Assembly (NCBI GenBank): GCA_964021785.1 | Contig: CAXIAX010000001.1 | Location: 3,368-67,367, forward strand | DNA from: an uncultured Flavobacteriales bacterium | Lineage (GTDB): Bacteria > Bacteroidota > Bacteroidia > Flavobacteriales_D > CAJJDF01 | Reading direction: 5' to 3' | Length of the DNA stretch: 64,000 bases | Shown: piece after piece, positions 17,279 through 26,079 of the stretch | Layout: every line of letters begins with the position of its first letter | Position numbering within the stretch: the first letter of the stretch is position 1 | The notes under the pieces: model-generated | The model's database searches: none | What the model was told of the DNA's origin: nothing | The model's input: the letters and a program-made list of their open reading frames with translations, nothing else | Translations under genes and position numbers: made by a program

Positions 17279-18357
17279 TGGTAATAGTTCATGTAACAGA
17301 ACCTTTTGCTACCGGAATTAATACTTTTTTACAAGAATTAATTTTTAGCATGCCCGAATATGAACATATCATAATTCATGGAGAGAGGGATGATACAAGA
17401 GACATAAACGAAATCAAATTTGAGTATAAAGGGAAAGTGAAGTTCATTAAATGGGAACATGCACACAGAGAAATTAGTATTGTAAAAGATATAAAAGCTT
17501 ATTTTCATTTGAGAAAAATACTAAAATCTATCGATTTTGATGTGTTACACCTACATTCTTCTAAAGCTGGAGTTTTAGGAAGATGCATAGGCTTGAAAAG
17601 AAAATACAAGAATATAGTTTATACACCCAATGCAGCCTCTTTTTTGAGGACAGATATTTCTAAATTAAAAAGGAAAGTATATACTCTTATCGAGAAATTT
17701 TCAAATTTATCAGGAGCGCAAATAGTTAGTTCTTCCAATTCGGAATATGTAGCCTATAAAAATATAGGAATACAAAGTAAGATTATTCAAAATGGAGTAA
17801 CTATATCTAAAGAAAATCAGGAGATAGAATCTCAAGATGGTAATTTCAATATTGTTTTTTGTGGAAAAGTTACTGTACAGAAAAATCCAGAGTTGTTTAA
17901 TGAAATAGCACTTTTTTATAAGGATATACCTAACGTTAAATTTTACTGGATAGGAGATGGAGAAATGAAGGAATCACTTACTAGTGATAATATTCAAATA
18001 ACTGGATGGCAGAAAAAGAATTTCATTTATAGTATTTTAGCCAAATCAGATCTTTATTTATCTACTTCATCATGGGAAGGGTTGTCAATTGCAACCATAG
18101 AAGCTTCAGCATTTGGTCTGCCATTAGTTTTAAGCAGGTGTGTGGGGAATCAAGATATGGTACTTAAAGATTATAACGGATTTTTATTTAGTTCTAAAGC
18201 CGAAGCAATAGAAAGAATAGAAATTTTAAGAAACAACAAAGGTCAAAAAGATCAAATTTCTCAAAATTCAAAAACAAACTACAACAAACAATTTGGTAAT
18301 TATAGATGTGGATTGGAATATAAAAAATTATACCTTGAGATAACAGATCACAAATAA
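17278..18357 (+). CDS. Family 4 (GT-B) glycosyltransferase
   Basis: 359 aa. The C-terminal-half motif SSWEGLSIATIEASAFGLPLV is the E-x7-E signature of GT4 enzymes. The start overlaps the previous stop (TAATG). Confidence 0.8.
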   Translation: MVIVHVTEPFATGINTFLQELIFSMPEYEHIIIHGERDDTRDINEIKFEYKGKVKFIKWEHAHREISIVKDIKAYFHLRKILKSIDFDVLHLHSSKAGVLGRCIGLKRKYKNIVYTPNAASFLRTDISKLKRKVYTLIEKFSNLSGAQIVSSSNSEYVAYKNIGIQSKIIQNGVTISKENQEIESQDGNFNIVFCGKVTVQKNPELFNEIALFYKDIPNVKFYWIGDGEMKESLTSDNIQITGWQKKNFIYSILAKSDLYLSTSSWEGLSIATIEASAFGLPLVLSRCVGNQDMVLKDYNGFLFSSKAEAIERIEILRNNKGQKDQISQNSKTNYNKQFGNYRCGLEYKKLYLEITDHK

Positions 18358-18374
18358 TAAAATCGTAAGAACTT

Positions 18375-19634
18375 ATGAATAGAAAGAAGCTCATATTATG
18401 TCTTACTTTGTTGATGATTTTTTTTCATCTTACTTGGACGGTTAATTTCACCAATGTTGCTATTGGTTTGTTAGCATTAAGCATTCTTTTAGATAAAAGA
18501 ATAGGGATTAAAATAAGAAAGCTAATTAGCACGAGTCAATTCTGGATCTTAATATCACCTTTTGTAGTTTTTAGCTTGTCTGCTCTTTATTCTTCTGATG
18601 GTCTTAGAGCTTGGAAAGAGATAGAAATAAAACTTCCATTACTTATTTTTCCCTTTATTTATGGACTTGCACCAATGTCTGAGAAATACAGAGATTTAGT
18701 ATTTAAGTTTTTCATTTTAATTACAATTTTAATCCCAGTCATTGGATTTATAAGTCAATTAGGTACTTATTTTGAAACAAAGGATTCAGGTTATTTTTAT
18801 AATGATCATTTAGTACATTATGCAGGAAAAAAGCAAGCAGCTTATTTTGGATTGTATGCTAATTTTGCACTTGTTGGTGTGTTTTATTTTTGGCAAAAGA
18901 TTAGTATAAAAACTAATCTTCAAAAAATAACTCTAGCATCTGCCTTTTCATTTTTGTTGATTATTCAGTATTTATTAGCCTCAAGAATGGCTTTGTTAAT
19001 TATGTTCTTGGTTATAGTTGGATTTTTAATAGTCCAAATTTTTACAAATACTTCCAGGAAACAAATATTATCAATGCTAATTGGAGCAGCTTTGGTCTCA
19101 ATAGGCTTGATTGTTTTATTTCCTAAAGTGATAAAAAGATTTAATAGTATAACACATACAGATTACCAGTTTGATAATACAAATCCAATCAATCATTTTA
19201 ATGGTGAGATAAAAGCGGAAAATTGGAATGGATTAAATACGAGACTTGCCTTGTGGACTTGTGCTTGGGAGCAAATAGAAGAGAAGCCTTTTTTTGGAAC
19301 AGGTATTGGTGATGTGCAAAATGATTTAGTGAAAAAGTATCAAGAGAAAAATTTTATTTTTGCTTTAGAAAGTAATTTTAATTCTCATAATCAATATTTG
19401 GATATTATGTTATCCAATGGGATTGTCGGGTTCTTTTTGTTTGTATGTTTCATTCTATATATTCTATATTTAGCAATAAAAAACAAGAGTTGGTTTTTAG
19501 CGGGAGTTGTAGTAATTGTTGCAATGTCCTGTCTTACAGAAAATATATTGAGCAGGAATCAGGGAGTAGTTGTTTTTATTGTATTTTTGTCAATGTTGCT
19601 TTTTTCAGAAAAAGAGACTATTAAAAAGATTTAA
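18375..19634 (+). CDS. O-antigen ligase/polymerase-family (Wzy_C-type) polytopic membrane protein
   Basis: 419 aa with about 10-12 hydrophobic helices. A large loop is followed by FGTGIGD...NSHNQYLDIMLSNGIVGFFLF, which resembles the O-antigen-ligase-family signature. Confidence 0.65.
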   Translation: MNRKKLILCLTLLMIFFHLTWTVNFTNVAIGLLALSILLDKRIGIKIRKLISTSQFWILISPFVVFSLSALYSSDGLRAWKEIEIKLPLLIFPFIYGLAPMSEKYRDLVFKFFILITILIPVIGFISQLGTYFETKDSGYFYNDHLVHYAGKKQAAYFGLYANFALVGVFYFWQKISIKTNLQKITLASAFSFLLIIQYLLASRMALLIMFLVIVGFLIVQIFTNTSRKQILSMLIGAALVSIGLIVLFPKVIKRFNSITHTDYQFDNTNPINHFNGEIKAENWNGLNTRLALWTCAWEQIEEKPFFGTGIGDVQNDLVKKYQEKNFIFALESNFNSHNQYLDIMLSNGIVGFFLFVCFILYILYLAIKNKSWFLAGVVVIVAMSCLTENILSRNQGVVVFIVFLSMLLFSEKETIKKI

Positions 19635-19638
19635 TAAT

Positions 19639-21708
19639 ATGAAGGTTTTATTTAAACATGCAAAGTTGATTTTTATAATTTTTACAATTATAAATGTTGG
19701 CTTGACTCTGCTATTTTACAATACAAAATATTTTGATGTAATAATAAAGTTATTCGCAATTGAGTTGGTTATTTTATTGATGTTTATTTCTATTGTTCTT
19801 TATAAATGGATAAATGAATTATTTATTAAAATTAAAGAAGAAAATTTCAATTCAAATGTAAAGTTAGAGCAGCTTCAATCTGATTTTAATTCATTTTATT
19901 CGATTTTTAAAGAAGCACAATATTCAGATAAGCTGGAGGTGTTGGATAAAGCAATGAATTCGATAGGAAATGAAGTAGTGAGTAACCGTGAAATTATTCA
20001 AGAGCAAGCAAGAATAAATCTAGAGAGATTAGAAGCGCAATCGGAGAGCTTAGCTTACCAACTGGTAAAGATTGAAAGCCAAGAGCAAAATAGTTTAAAA
20101 CAAGAAGGTATACTAGAAAGATTGTCTGTTGAGTTAAAAGAGCAAGTAAATAAGGCCGATAGTCAATTGAAATTATTGGAGGCACAAGCAGTAAAAGTTG
20201 CAAGGCAAATAGAACTTTCTGATAATTTAACTAATGAAACAGGAAAGCAATCTACTTATCTTGAGACTCAATCAGATGTTCTAAATAAGCAAATTCAGTA
20301 TTTGGAAACTCAATTTGTAAGGTTTGATGAGCAAGAACAGTTAATAAAATCACAGTCTGCATCAATAATAGAGCATCAATCAAAAGATAAAGAGGATCAA
20401 TTAAGTAAGTTTGATTTTCAAGCGAAGTTGATTGAATTACACAATGAAAAAGTAGATAGATATTTGGGGCAATTGACAGAACAGACTAATATGCTAAATG
20501 ATCAAATGAAGTTTTTGGAAGGTCAATCAATCAGATTTGACGAACAAGAGCAATTAATAAAAACTCAAACCCTTGCAATTATTGAACAACAGTCAAAAGG
20601 GAGAGATGTTGAGCTAGGGAAACTTAACGAACAAATGAGTTTGATAGAGGCTCAGAACCAAAAGATAGAGACTCAAAAAGAAATGTTAATCAAACAATTT
20701 GATGCAATAAGTAGTCAAAAAAATATTTTGGAAAGTCAATCGGATAAAATTGCTAATCAAACTCAAATCTTGAACTCAAGTAATAATTCGTTTAGTGAGG
20801 AACTCAAACAACTGCAAGCACGTACAGTTGAGATTAATAAGCAAACTCAATTGTTAGGAGGGCAGTCAAGTAAACTAAATAGTCAAACAGATGAATTGAG
20901 TGGTCAACTTGAAAAATTAGAATTAAGTCGTGTTACTGCACACAGTCAGGTTGAACAACTAGAAAATAATAATAAGTTTATTGAGATTCAATTGAGTAAG
21001 CTGGAGGATCAAAATAAGAAATTGAATGATTTCAGTTTGACATTAACTCCTAAAAAGTATGAGGAGAGAAAGTTTTTGGAAAAACAATTAGATAGAACTT
21101 ACGATAGAATTGATGCCTTGATGTCCATTCATAATTTGTTGAAATTAAATGCTCCTCTGCCAATTATGCATAACTGGAGAGTAAGTTCAGATTATGCACA
21201 TGAAGTTCTTTCTTGTTTTATTGAAACTAAAGGGACAGTAATTGATATAGGTAGTGGGATTTCAACTTTATTATTTGGGTATGCAGTTAAAAGAAATGGA
21301 AATGGTAAAGTGATTTCTTTAGAGCATTCTAAAGAGTATTTTGAAAAAACAAAGGCACTGATTAAGTTACATCAATTAGAAGAATATTGTGAATTATATT
21401 ATTGTCCTTTAATAGAATATAATATTGAGGGGAAAAAATGGCTTTGGTATGACGTTAAAAATGTTGCATTACCAAATAAGGTATCTTTAATATCTATTGA
21501 TGGACCTCCAGGAGATACTCAATATTTGGCTAGATATCCAGCTTTAACAATTTTGAAAGAAACCATAGGTAAGGGAACTGTAATATATTTGGATGATGGG
21601 AATCGAGAACAAGAACGAGAAATTGCAAAACAATGGACTAAGAAGTTTAATTTAAATACTGTTGAATCAAATGATTATAAAGGTTATTTTAAGATGATTA
21701 AAATTTAA
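19639..21708 (+). CDS. Membrane-anchored long coiled-coil protein with a C-terminal class-I SAM-methyltransferase-like domain
   Basis: I use the ATG at 19639 (MKVLFKHAK), since the tracked 19570 start overlaps the upstream gene. Two hydrophobic helices come first, then ~430 aa of Q/E/K/L-rich heptad-like sequence with a recurring L-E-x-Q beat. A C-terminal globular domain follows, with VIDIGSGISTLLFGYA, LISIDGPPG and VIYLDDGNR. Confidence 0.6.
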   Translation: MKVLFKHAKLIFIIFTIINVGLTLLFYNTKYFDVIIKLFAIELVILLMFISIVLYKWINELFIKIKEENFNSNVKLEQLQSDFNSFYSIFKEAQYSDKLEVLDKAMNSIGNEVVSNREIIQEQARINLERLEAQSESLAYQLVKIESQEQNSLKQEGILERLSVELKEQVNKADSQLKLLEAQAVKVARQIELSDNLTNETGKQSTYLETQSDVLNKQIQYLETQFVRFDEQEQLIKSQSASIIEHQSKDKEDQLSKFDFQAKLIELHNEKVDRYLGQLTEQTNMLNDQMKFLEGQSIRFDEQEQLIKTQTLAIIEQQSKGRDVELGKLNEQMSLIEAQNQKIETQKEMLIKQFDAISSQKNILESQSDKIANQTQILNSSNNSFSEELKQLQARTVEINKQTQLLGGQSSKLNSQTDELSGQLEKLELSRVTAHSQVEQLENNNKFIEIQLSKLEDQNKKLNDFSLTLTPKKYEERKFLEKQLDRTYDRIDALMSIHNLLKLNAPLPIMHNWRVSSDYAHEVLSCFIETKGTVIDIGSGISTLLFGYAVKRNGNGKVISLEHSKEYFEKTKALIKLHQLEEYCELYYCPLIEYNIEGKKWLWYDVKNVALPNKVSLISIDGPPGDTQYLARYPALTILKETIGKGTVIYLDDGNREQEREIAKQWTKKFNLNTVESNDYKGYFKMIKI

Positions 21709-21716
21709 AAGAAAAT

Positions 21717-23057
21717 ATGATTGAAATAAAGAAAATATTGATTTTATCTAATTTATGTATAGGAGGGGTCGAAACTTTTTCGATTTATTTAGCAAAAGCC
21801 TTAAAGCAAAAAGGATATGATGTTATTTTTATAAATCAAGATGAAATAAGTAGAGGAGATGAAAGATTTTCTGAATCATTAGAATTAACTCTTATCAATG
21901 ATAATATTCCTATTATATCAGTTAAAGATTCGTTTAATGAAAAATATTTCTCATCAAATTCTAGGTATATAATTCCTTTTTATGCGACTAAATATTTAGA
22001 AGCATTTTATAGTAATGTTTTGAAAAACAATTTGCTTCCAGTTCTTTATGGTTATATCCATAGTGATGGAGCATATTATTATGATAATGCATTCCTATAT
22101 GAATCAATAACTTCAAATTTTATTTGTGTTTCAGAATCTATTGAAGTGAATCTTTCAGAAATTTTAAATGAAAAAGAGAAGTTGACATACAAAAAATGTC
22201 CGTTACTTTTAAAGGCTGATGCTCAAAACAATTCAAATCAATCCAATCACCTTAAATTATTATTTGTTGGTAGAATTAATGATGAACCGAAAGGAGTTTT
22301 TAAATTAGTTGAAATAGCTAGTTATTTAGAAGAAAATGGAGTGCCTTTTGTTATGGATATAGTAGGAAATGGGCTTGACATTGAAGAGCTAAAAGAACGT
22401 TTTTTAAAAGCAAAAATAACATCAAAAATAACCTTCGTTACTGATGCAAATACGCCAGAGAAAGTAGTGCCTTACTACGAGTTTGCTGATGTTTTATTGA
22501 TTCTTTCCAGTTATGAAGGAGGGCCTTTAGTGTTATATGAGGCAATGGAGTTTGGAACTATCCCCGTTGGATTCAATGTTGGCGTGATGAATCAATTAAT
22601 CGAAAATGGGATTAATGGCTATGTGTTTGAACATAACCAATTTAATCTTTTGTTAAAGCAGATTAAAATTTTGTCAAAAAATAAAAATAAATCAAAGATA
22701 AAGAAAAAGGCAATAAATACCGTTAGGAATTTAAATATGGGTATGGATGACTACATAAGCTTTGTAGAGGAATTATTTACTCAAAAAACGCAAAAGCAAT
22801 ATGCAGATGTGGCAATTCGTAAAACGAATTCAAAGATAAAGTGGAAAGACAATGATTTACAGTCTTGGATTTCTAGAATACTTAGCGAGAGTACATTGAA
22901 GAGGAATCATATTTTTCATTATTTATTTTTAACCCAAAATAATATTGAATTAAAAAAACAATTGGAGGTTCAAAAACATTATCAAAGTGTATATGATGAT
23001 ATGCCTATGTTTTGGAAAAAGTTAGGGTCAATAATAAGAAAATTTAAGAGTCTATGA
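21717..23057 (+). CDS. Family 4 (GT-B) glycosyltransferase with a coiled-coil / conserved basic C-terminal tail
   Basis: SSYEGGPLVLYEAMEFGTIPV is the E-x7-E motif. The C-terminus reads ...QKHYQSVYDDMPMFWKKLGSIIRKFKSL. Confidence 0.8.
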   Translation: MIEIKKILILSNLCIGGVETFSIYLAKALKQKGYDVIFINQDEISRGDERFSESLELTLINDNIPIISVKDSFNEKYFSSNSRYIIPFYATKYLEAFYSNVLKNNLLPVLYGYIHSDGAYYYDNAFLYESITSNFICVSESIEVNLSEILNEKEKLTYKKCPLLLKADAQNNSNQSNHLKLLFVGRINDEPKGVFKLVEIASYLEENGVPFVMDIVGNGLDIEELKERFLKAKITSKITFVTDANTPEKVVPYYEFADVLLILSSYEGGPLVLYEAMEFGTIPVGFNVGVMNQLIENGINGYVFEHNQFNLLLKQIKILSKNKNKSKIKKKAINTVRNLNMGMDDYISFVEELFTQKTQKQYADVAIRKTNSKIKWKDNDLQSWISRILSESTLKRNHIFHYLFLTQNNIELKKQLEVQKHYQSVYDDMPMFWKKLGSIIRKFKSL

Positions 23058-25132
23058 AAATAAGTATAATTATACCGGTTTATAATGTAGAAAAATACAT
23101 TGTTGATTGCTTGAGTAGTATTTATGAAGTCGAAAATCAATCGGATTTTGAGATAATAATTGTAGATGATTGTTCTCCTGATAATTCAGTAAGTCTCGTT
23201 AGAAATTTTATTAAGGAAGTGAATGTTGACAATATTAAAATTGTAAAGCACGAAATAAATAAAGGGTTAGGAGCGGCTAGAAATACAGGGGTACTGCATG
23301 CTAAGAATCCATATGTTTGGTTTTTAGATTCTGATGATGCAATAGATCCTGTGCAATTCACTCAATTAATTGAAAGTACTTCAGAAGATTTTGATGTTCT
23401 TCTAATGGGAGTTGCAGAGTGTGATGCTAATTTAAATTTCAAAAAAGAATATTTGAAGTATGATGAGTTTGTTGTGGATGATTACTCCTTACAGTATAAA
23501 AATAAAAAGTTAAAGCAATTAGATGTTGTAGCTTGGAATAAAATAATTAAAAGAGATTTATTTATATTAAATTCCTCACTTACTTTTGGAGAAGGCGTTC
23601 TTAATGAGGATGAAGTATTTTCTTTATTGTTATGTAAATATGCAAAAAAAGTAATCTTTAAGGAGGAATTAGTTTACTTATATAGAATTAGAGAAAATAG
23701 TATAACAACATCAACAATAAGTAATCAGTTTTTTGATTCTTGGGAAGTTAATTTTAAACAAGCCCTACTTTTTTTTCACGACTATAAGTTAGAGTTTTGG
23801 CAGGATTGGTTTTTAGAAAAAATTCAAATTTTTAATAGAAAATACAGTTTTTCGCCAGAACAATTAGTAATTCTGAAAAAATTGTTGACTCCATACTATT
23901 CCATGTATCCAGAAAGATTGTGGAATAACAATTGGAGATTTAGAGAAAATACAACCTTTTTTGAGGACTGGTTCAATATCTATGAATTGAAAATTGAAGA
24001 GACTCCATTAGTTTCAGTTATAATACCAACCTATAAAAGACCTGAAAACTTAATAAGAGCATTGCAATCAGTTCTAAATCAAAGCTATAAAAATATTGAG
24101 GTAATCATTATTAATGATACAGGAAATGTTGATGATTATCAGAGTAAATATCATGACTTATTACTTCCATTTTTAAATAAGGTGACTTATGTTCAATTAA
24201 CCCAAAATATGGGGGGGGGAGCAGCAAGAAATATTGGAATAAATGAAGCGAATGGTAAATATATTTCTTTTTTAGATGATGATGATTCTTATTGTGTAGA
24301 TAGGATTAAGAATGCAGTGAATGAAATTCAAAAATACTCGGTTGATGAAGTTTGGGGGGTGTACTGTGGATATAAAAATAATGAAAGTGGTAGTGTAAAT
24401 AATGAGTTTTATTCAGGAGATTTAACATATGATATATTAAATTTAAATTATGCTGAATTTTCATTAAATACAGATACTGTTCTGATTAAAAAGGAATTTT
24501 TAATGTCTTATGATATCCGATTTAACCCGAAATTGAGAAGGCATCAAGATTTAGATTTGTTTTTAAAGTTATTCAGGCATGGCTATGTAATTGGTTACAA
24601 AAACATTGATGTTATAATTAGACCTGAAAAAACTGAAATTGGTAATTGGTTAAATGATGAGGTTATGCACTCAACAAAAAGATATTTTTTACATCAGCAT
24701 AAAGATGTTGTAGAAACGTTTTTAAATCAAATTCAAGAGGAAATATATAACATTCAATGGAACAATGTTCTTCATTATTATTTAGGAAATGAAAAGATTG
24801 AAAGATTTAAAAATTTTGTGGTAAAGTCGAAATTTAACGAAGTTGATTCGCATGAATATTTTTTTCTAGTTCATCTAATTAATAAGTTGGAAATTGCTGA
24901 ACCTGAAGAGAGTAAAGAGCTTATTCAAAAACAAGATAAAGCTAAACGAGAGATGAAATTAGATAATGAAACTCTTAACTCTAAGGTTCAAGACTTGGCC
25001 TTATTAAATAAAGAGCTTAATTTAAAAGTTGAAGATTTATTAAGTCAAAAAAATTGGTATGAAAACACCTACGAAAAGATGCCTATGTGGTGGAAAAAAA
25101 TGGGTGCATTAGTAAGAAAAATAAAGAATTGA
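23054..25132 (+). CDS. Two-domain glycosyltransferase (GT2 + GT2) with a coiled-coil / conserved basic C-terminal tail
   Basis: There are two GT-A signatures: ISIIIPVYNVEKYI...IIIVDDCSPDNS and VSVIIPTYKRPENL...VIIINDTG...LDDDD. The C-terminus reads ...QKNWYENTYEKMPMWWKKMGALVRKIKN. The start overlaps the previous stop (ATGA). Confidence 0.85.
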   Translation: MKISIIIPVYNVEKYIVDCLSSIYEVENQSDFEIIIVDDCSPDNSVSLVRNFIKEVNVDNIKIVKHEINKGLGAARNTGVLHAKNPYVWFLDSDDAIDPVQFTQLIESTSEDFDVLLMGVAECDANLNFKKEYLKYDEFVVDDYSLQYKNKKLKQLDVVAWNKIIKRDLFILNSSLTFGEGVLNEDEVFSLLLCKYAKKVIFKEELVYLYRIRENSITTSTISNQFFDSWEVNFKQALLFFHDYKLEFWQDWFLEKIQIFNRKYSFSPEQLVILKKLLTPYYSMYPERLWNNNWRFRENTTFFEDWFNIYELKIEETPLVSVIIPTYKRPENLIRALQSVLNQSYKNIEVIIINDTGNVDDYQSKYHDLLLPFLNKVTYVQLTQNMGGGAARNIGINEANGKYISFLDDDDSYCVDRIKNAVNEIQKYSVDEVWGVYCGYKNNESGSVNNEFYSGDLTYDILNLNYAEFSLNTDTVLIKKEFLMSYDIRFNPKLRRHQDLDLFLKLFRHGYVIGYKNIDVIIRPEKTEIGNWLNDEVMHSTKRYFLHQHKDVVETFLNQIQEEIYNIQWNNVLHYYLGNEKIERFKNFVVKSKFNEVDSHEYFFLVHLINKLEIAEPEESKELIQKQDKAKREMKLDNETLNSKVQDLALLNKELNLKVEDLLSQKNWYENTYEKMPMWWKKMGALVRKIKN

Positions 25133-26079
25133 AATTTATCTTAGCCATAACGACCTATAATCGACTAGATTTTTTATCTAGTTGTATTAGATCCTGGAAT
25201 GAAACTAGGTCTCAGAAAGCAAACTGGGAAATTATTGTGGCAGATGATGGCTCTGAGGATGGAACCATAGAGTATGTAGAATCTTTAAAACTAGAAAATA
25301 CCAAAATTACCCTTTTAAGAAATTATAGAATTGGTGTTCATCAGCAAATGAATACAATCATAGAACTATTAGAAGTAAAAGAGTTTGATTTTTGTTTTAA
25401 AATAGATGACGACATTAAATTTTTAAAATCAGGTTGGGATATGCTTTATTACGACCATTATTTAAAAACTGGTCAGGATCATCTAGTCTTTTTTGAAAAA
25501 AAATGGGAGAAGAAACAACATTTAAAAAACAAGGTAAATTCAGATAAAGGAGAAGGGAATGTTTCTTTGCTTAACGTTCATGGATTCTTTTATACACTTA
25601 CAAAAGATATAGTTAAAAAGGTGGGTTATTTTGACTATCGAGAGTTTTATTTTCGAGGAATGGGTCATGTAGATTATACAGCAAGATGCTGTAGGGCTGG
25701 ATTTAACAATATACATACACCTTTTGATGTAAAAAACAGTAATGAGTTTATATCTGCATATCATGAAGAATACTCTTCAGCAATTAAGCATGATTGGGTA
25801 AGTTATTATGATGAGTTTTTTCGAATGAAAAAAGTAGATAAAATTTTAGAAGAAGATAGAGTTTATATCGGAAAAAGTGAGGTTAATTTAAAAGCATATT
25901 TTTTGTTTAAAGATAGGCTCATAAATGCAATGTCCAATAAGCTTGATAAATTTGAAGAAGAAAAGGCAGAAATAGTTAATTGGTATGAAAATCAGTATAA
26001 TGATGTGCCGAAATGGTATTTGAAACTAGGTAAAATATTTAAGTTGAAATTACTGATTAAAAAAGGATTGATAAAATAA
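25129..26079 (+). CDS. GT-A-fold glycosyltransferase-like protein with the same conserved C-terminal tail
   Basis: KFILAITTYNRLDFL...WEIIVADDGSEDGT...KIDDD. The C-terminus reads ...VNWYENQYNDVPKWYLKLGKIFKLK. The start is ambiguous: GTG at 25087 (tracked) or TTG at 25129, which overlaps the upstream TGA as TTGA and gives a canonical MKFIL... N-terminus. Confidence 0.7.
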   Translation: MKFILAITTYNRLDFLSSCIRSWNETRSQKANWEIIVADDGSEDGTIEYVESLKLENTKITLLRNYRIGVHQQMNTIIELLEVKEFDFCFKIDDDIKFLKSGWDMLYYDHYLKTGQDHLVFFEKKWEKKQHLKNKVNSDKGEGNVSLLNVHGFFYTLTKDIVKKVGYFDYREFYFRGMGHVDYTARCCRAGFNNIHTPFDVKNSNEFISAYHEEYSSAIKHDWVSYYDEFFRMKKVDKILEEDRVYIGKSEVNLKAYFLFKDRLINAMSNKLDKFEEEKAEIVNWYENQYNDVPKWYLKLGKIFKLKLLIKKGLIK

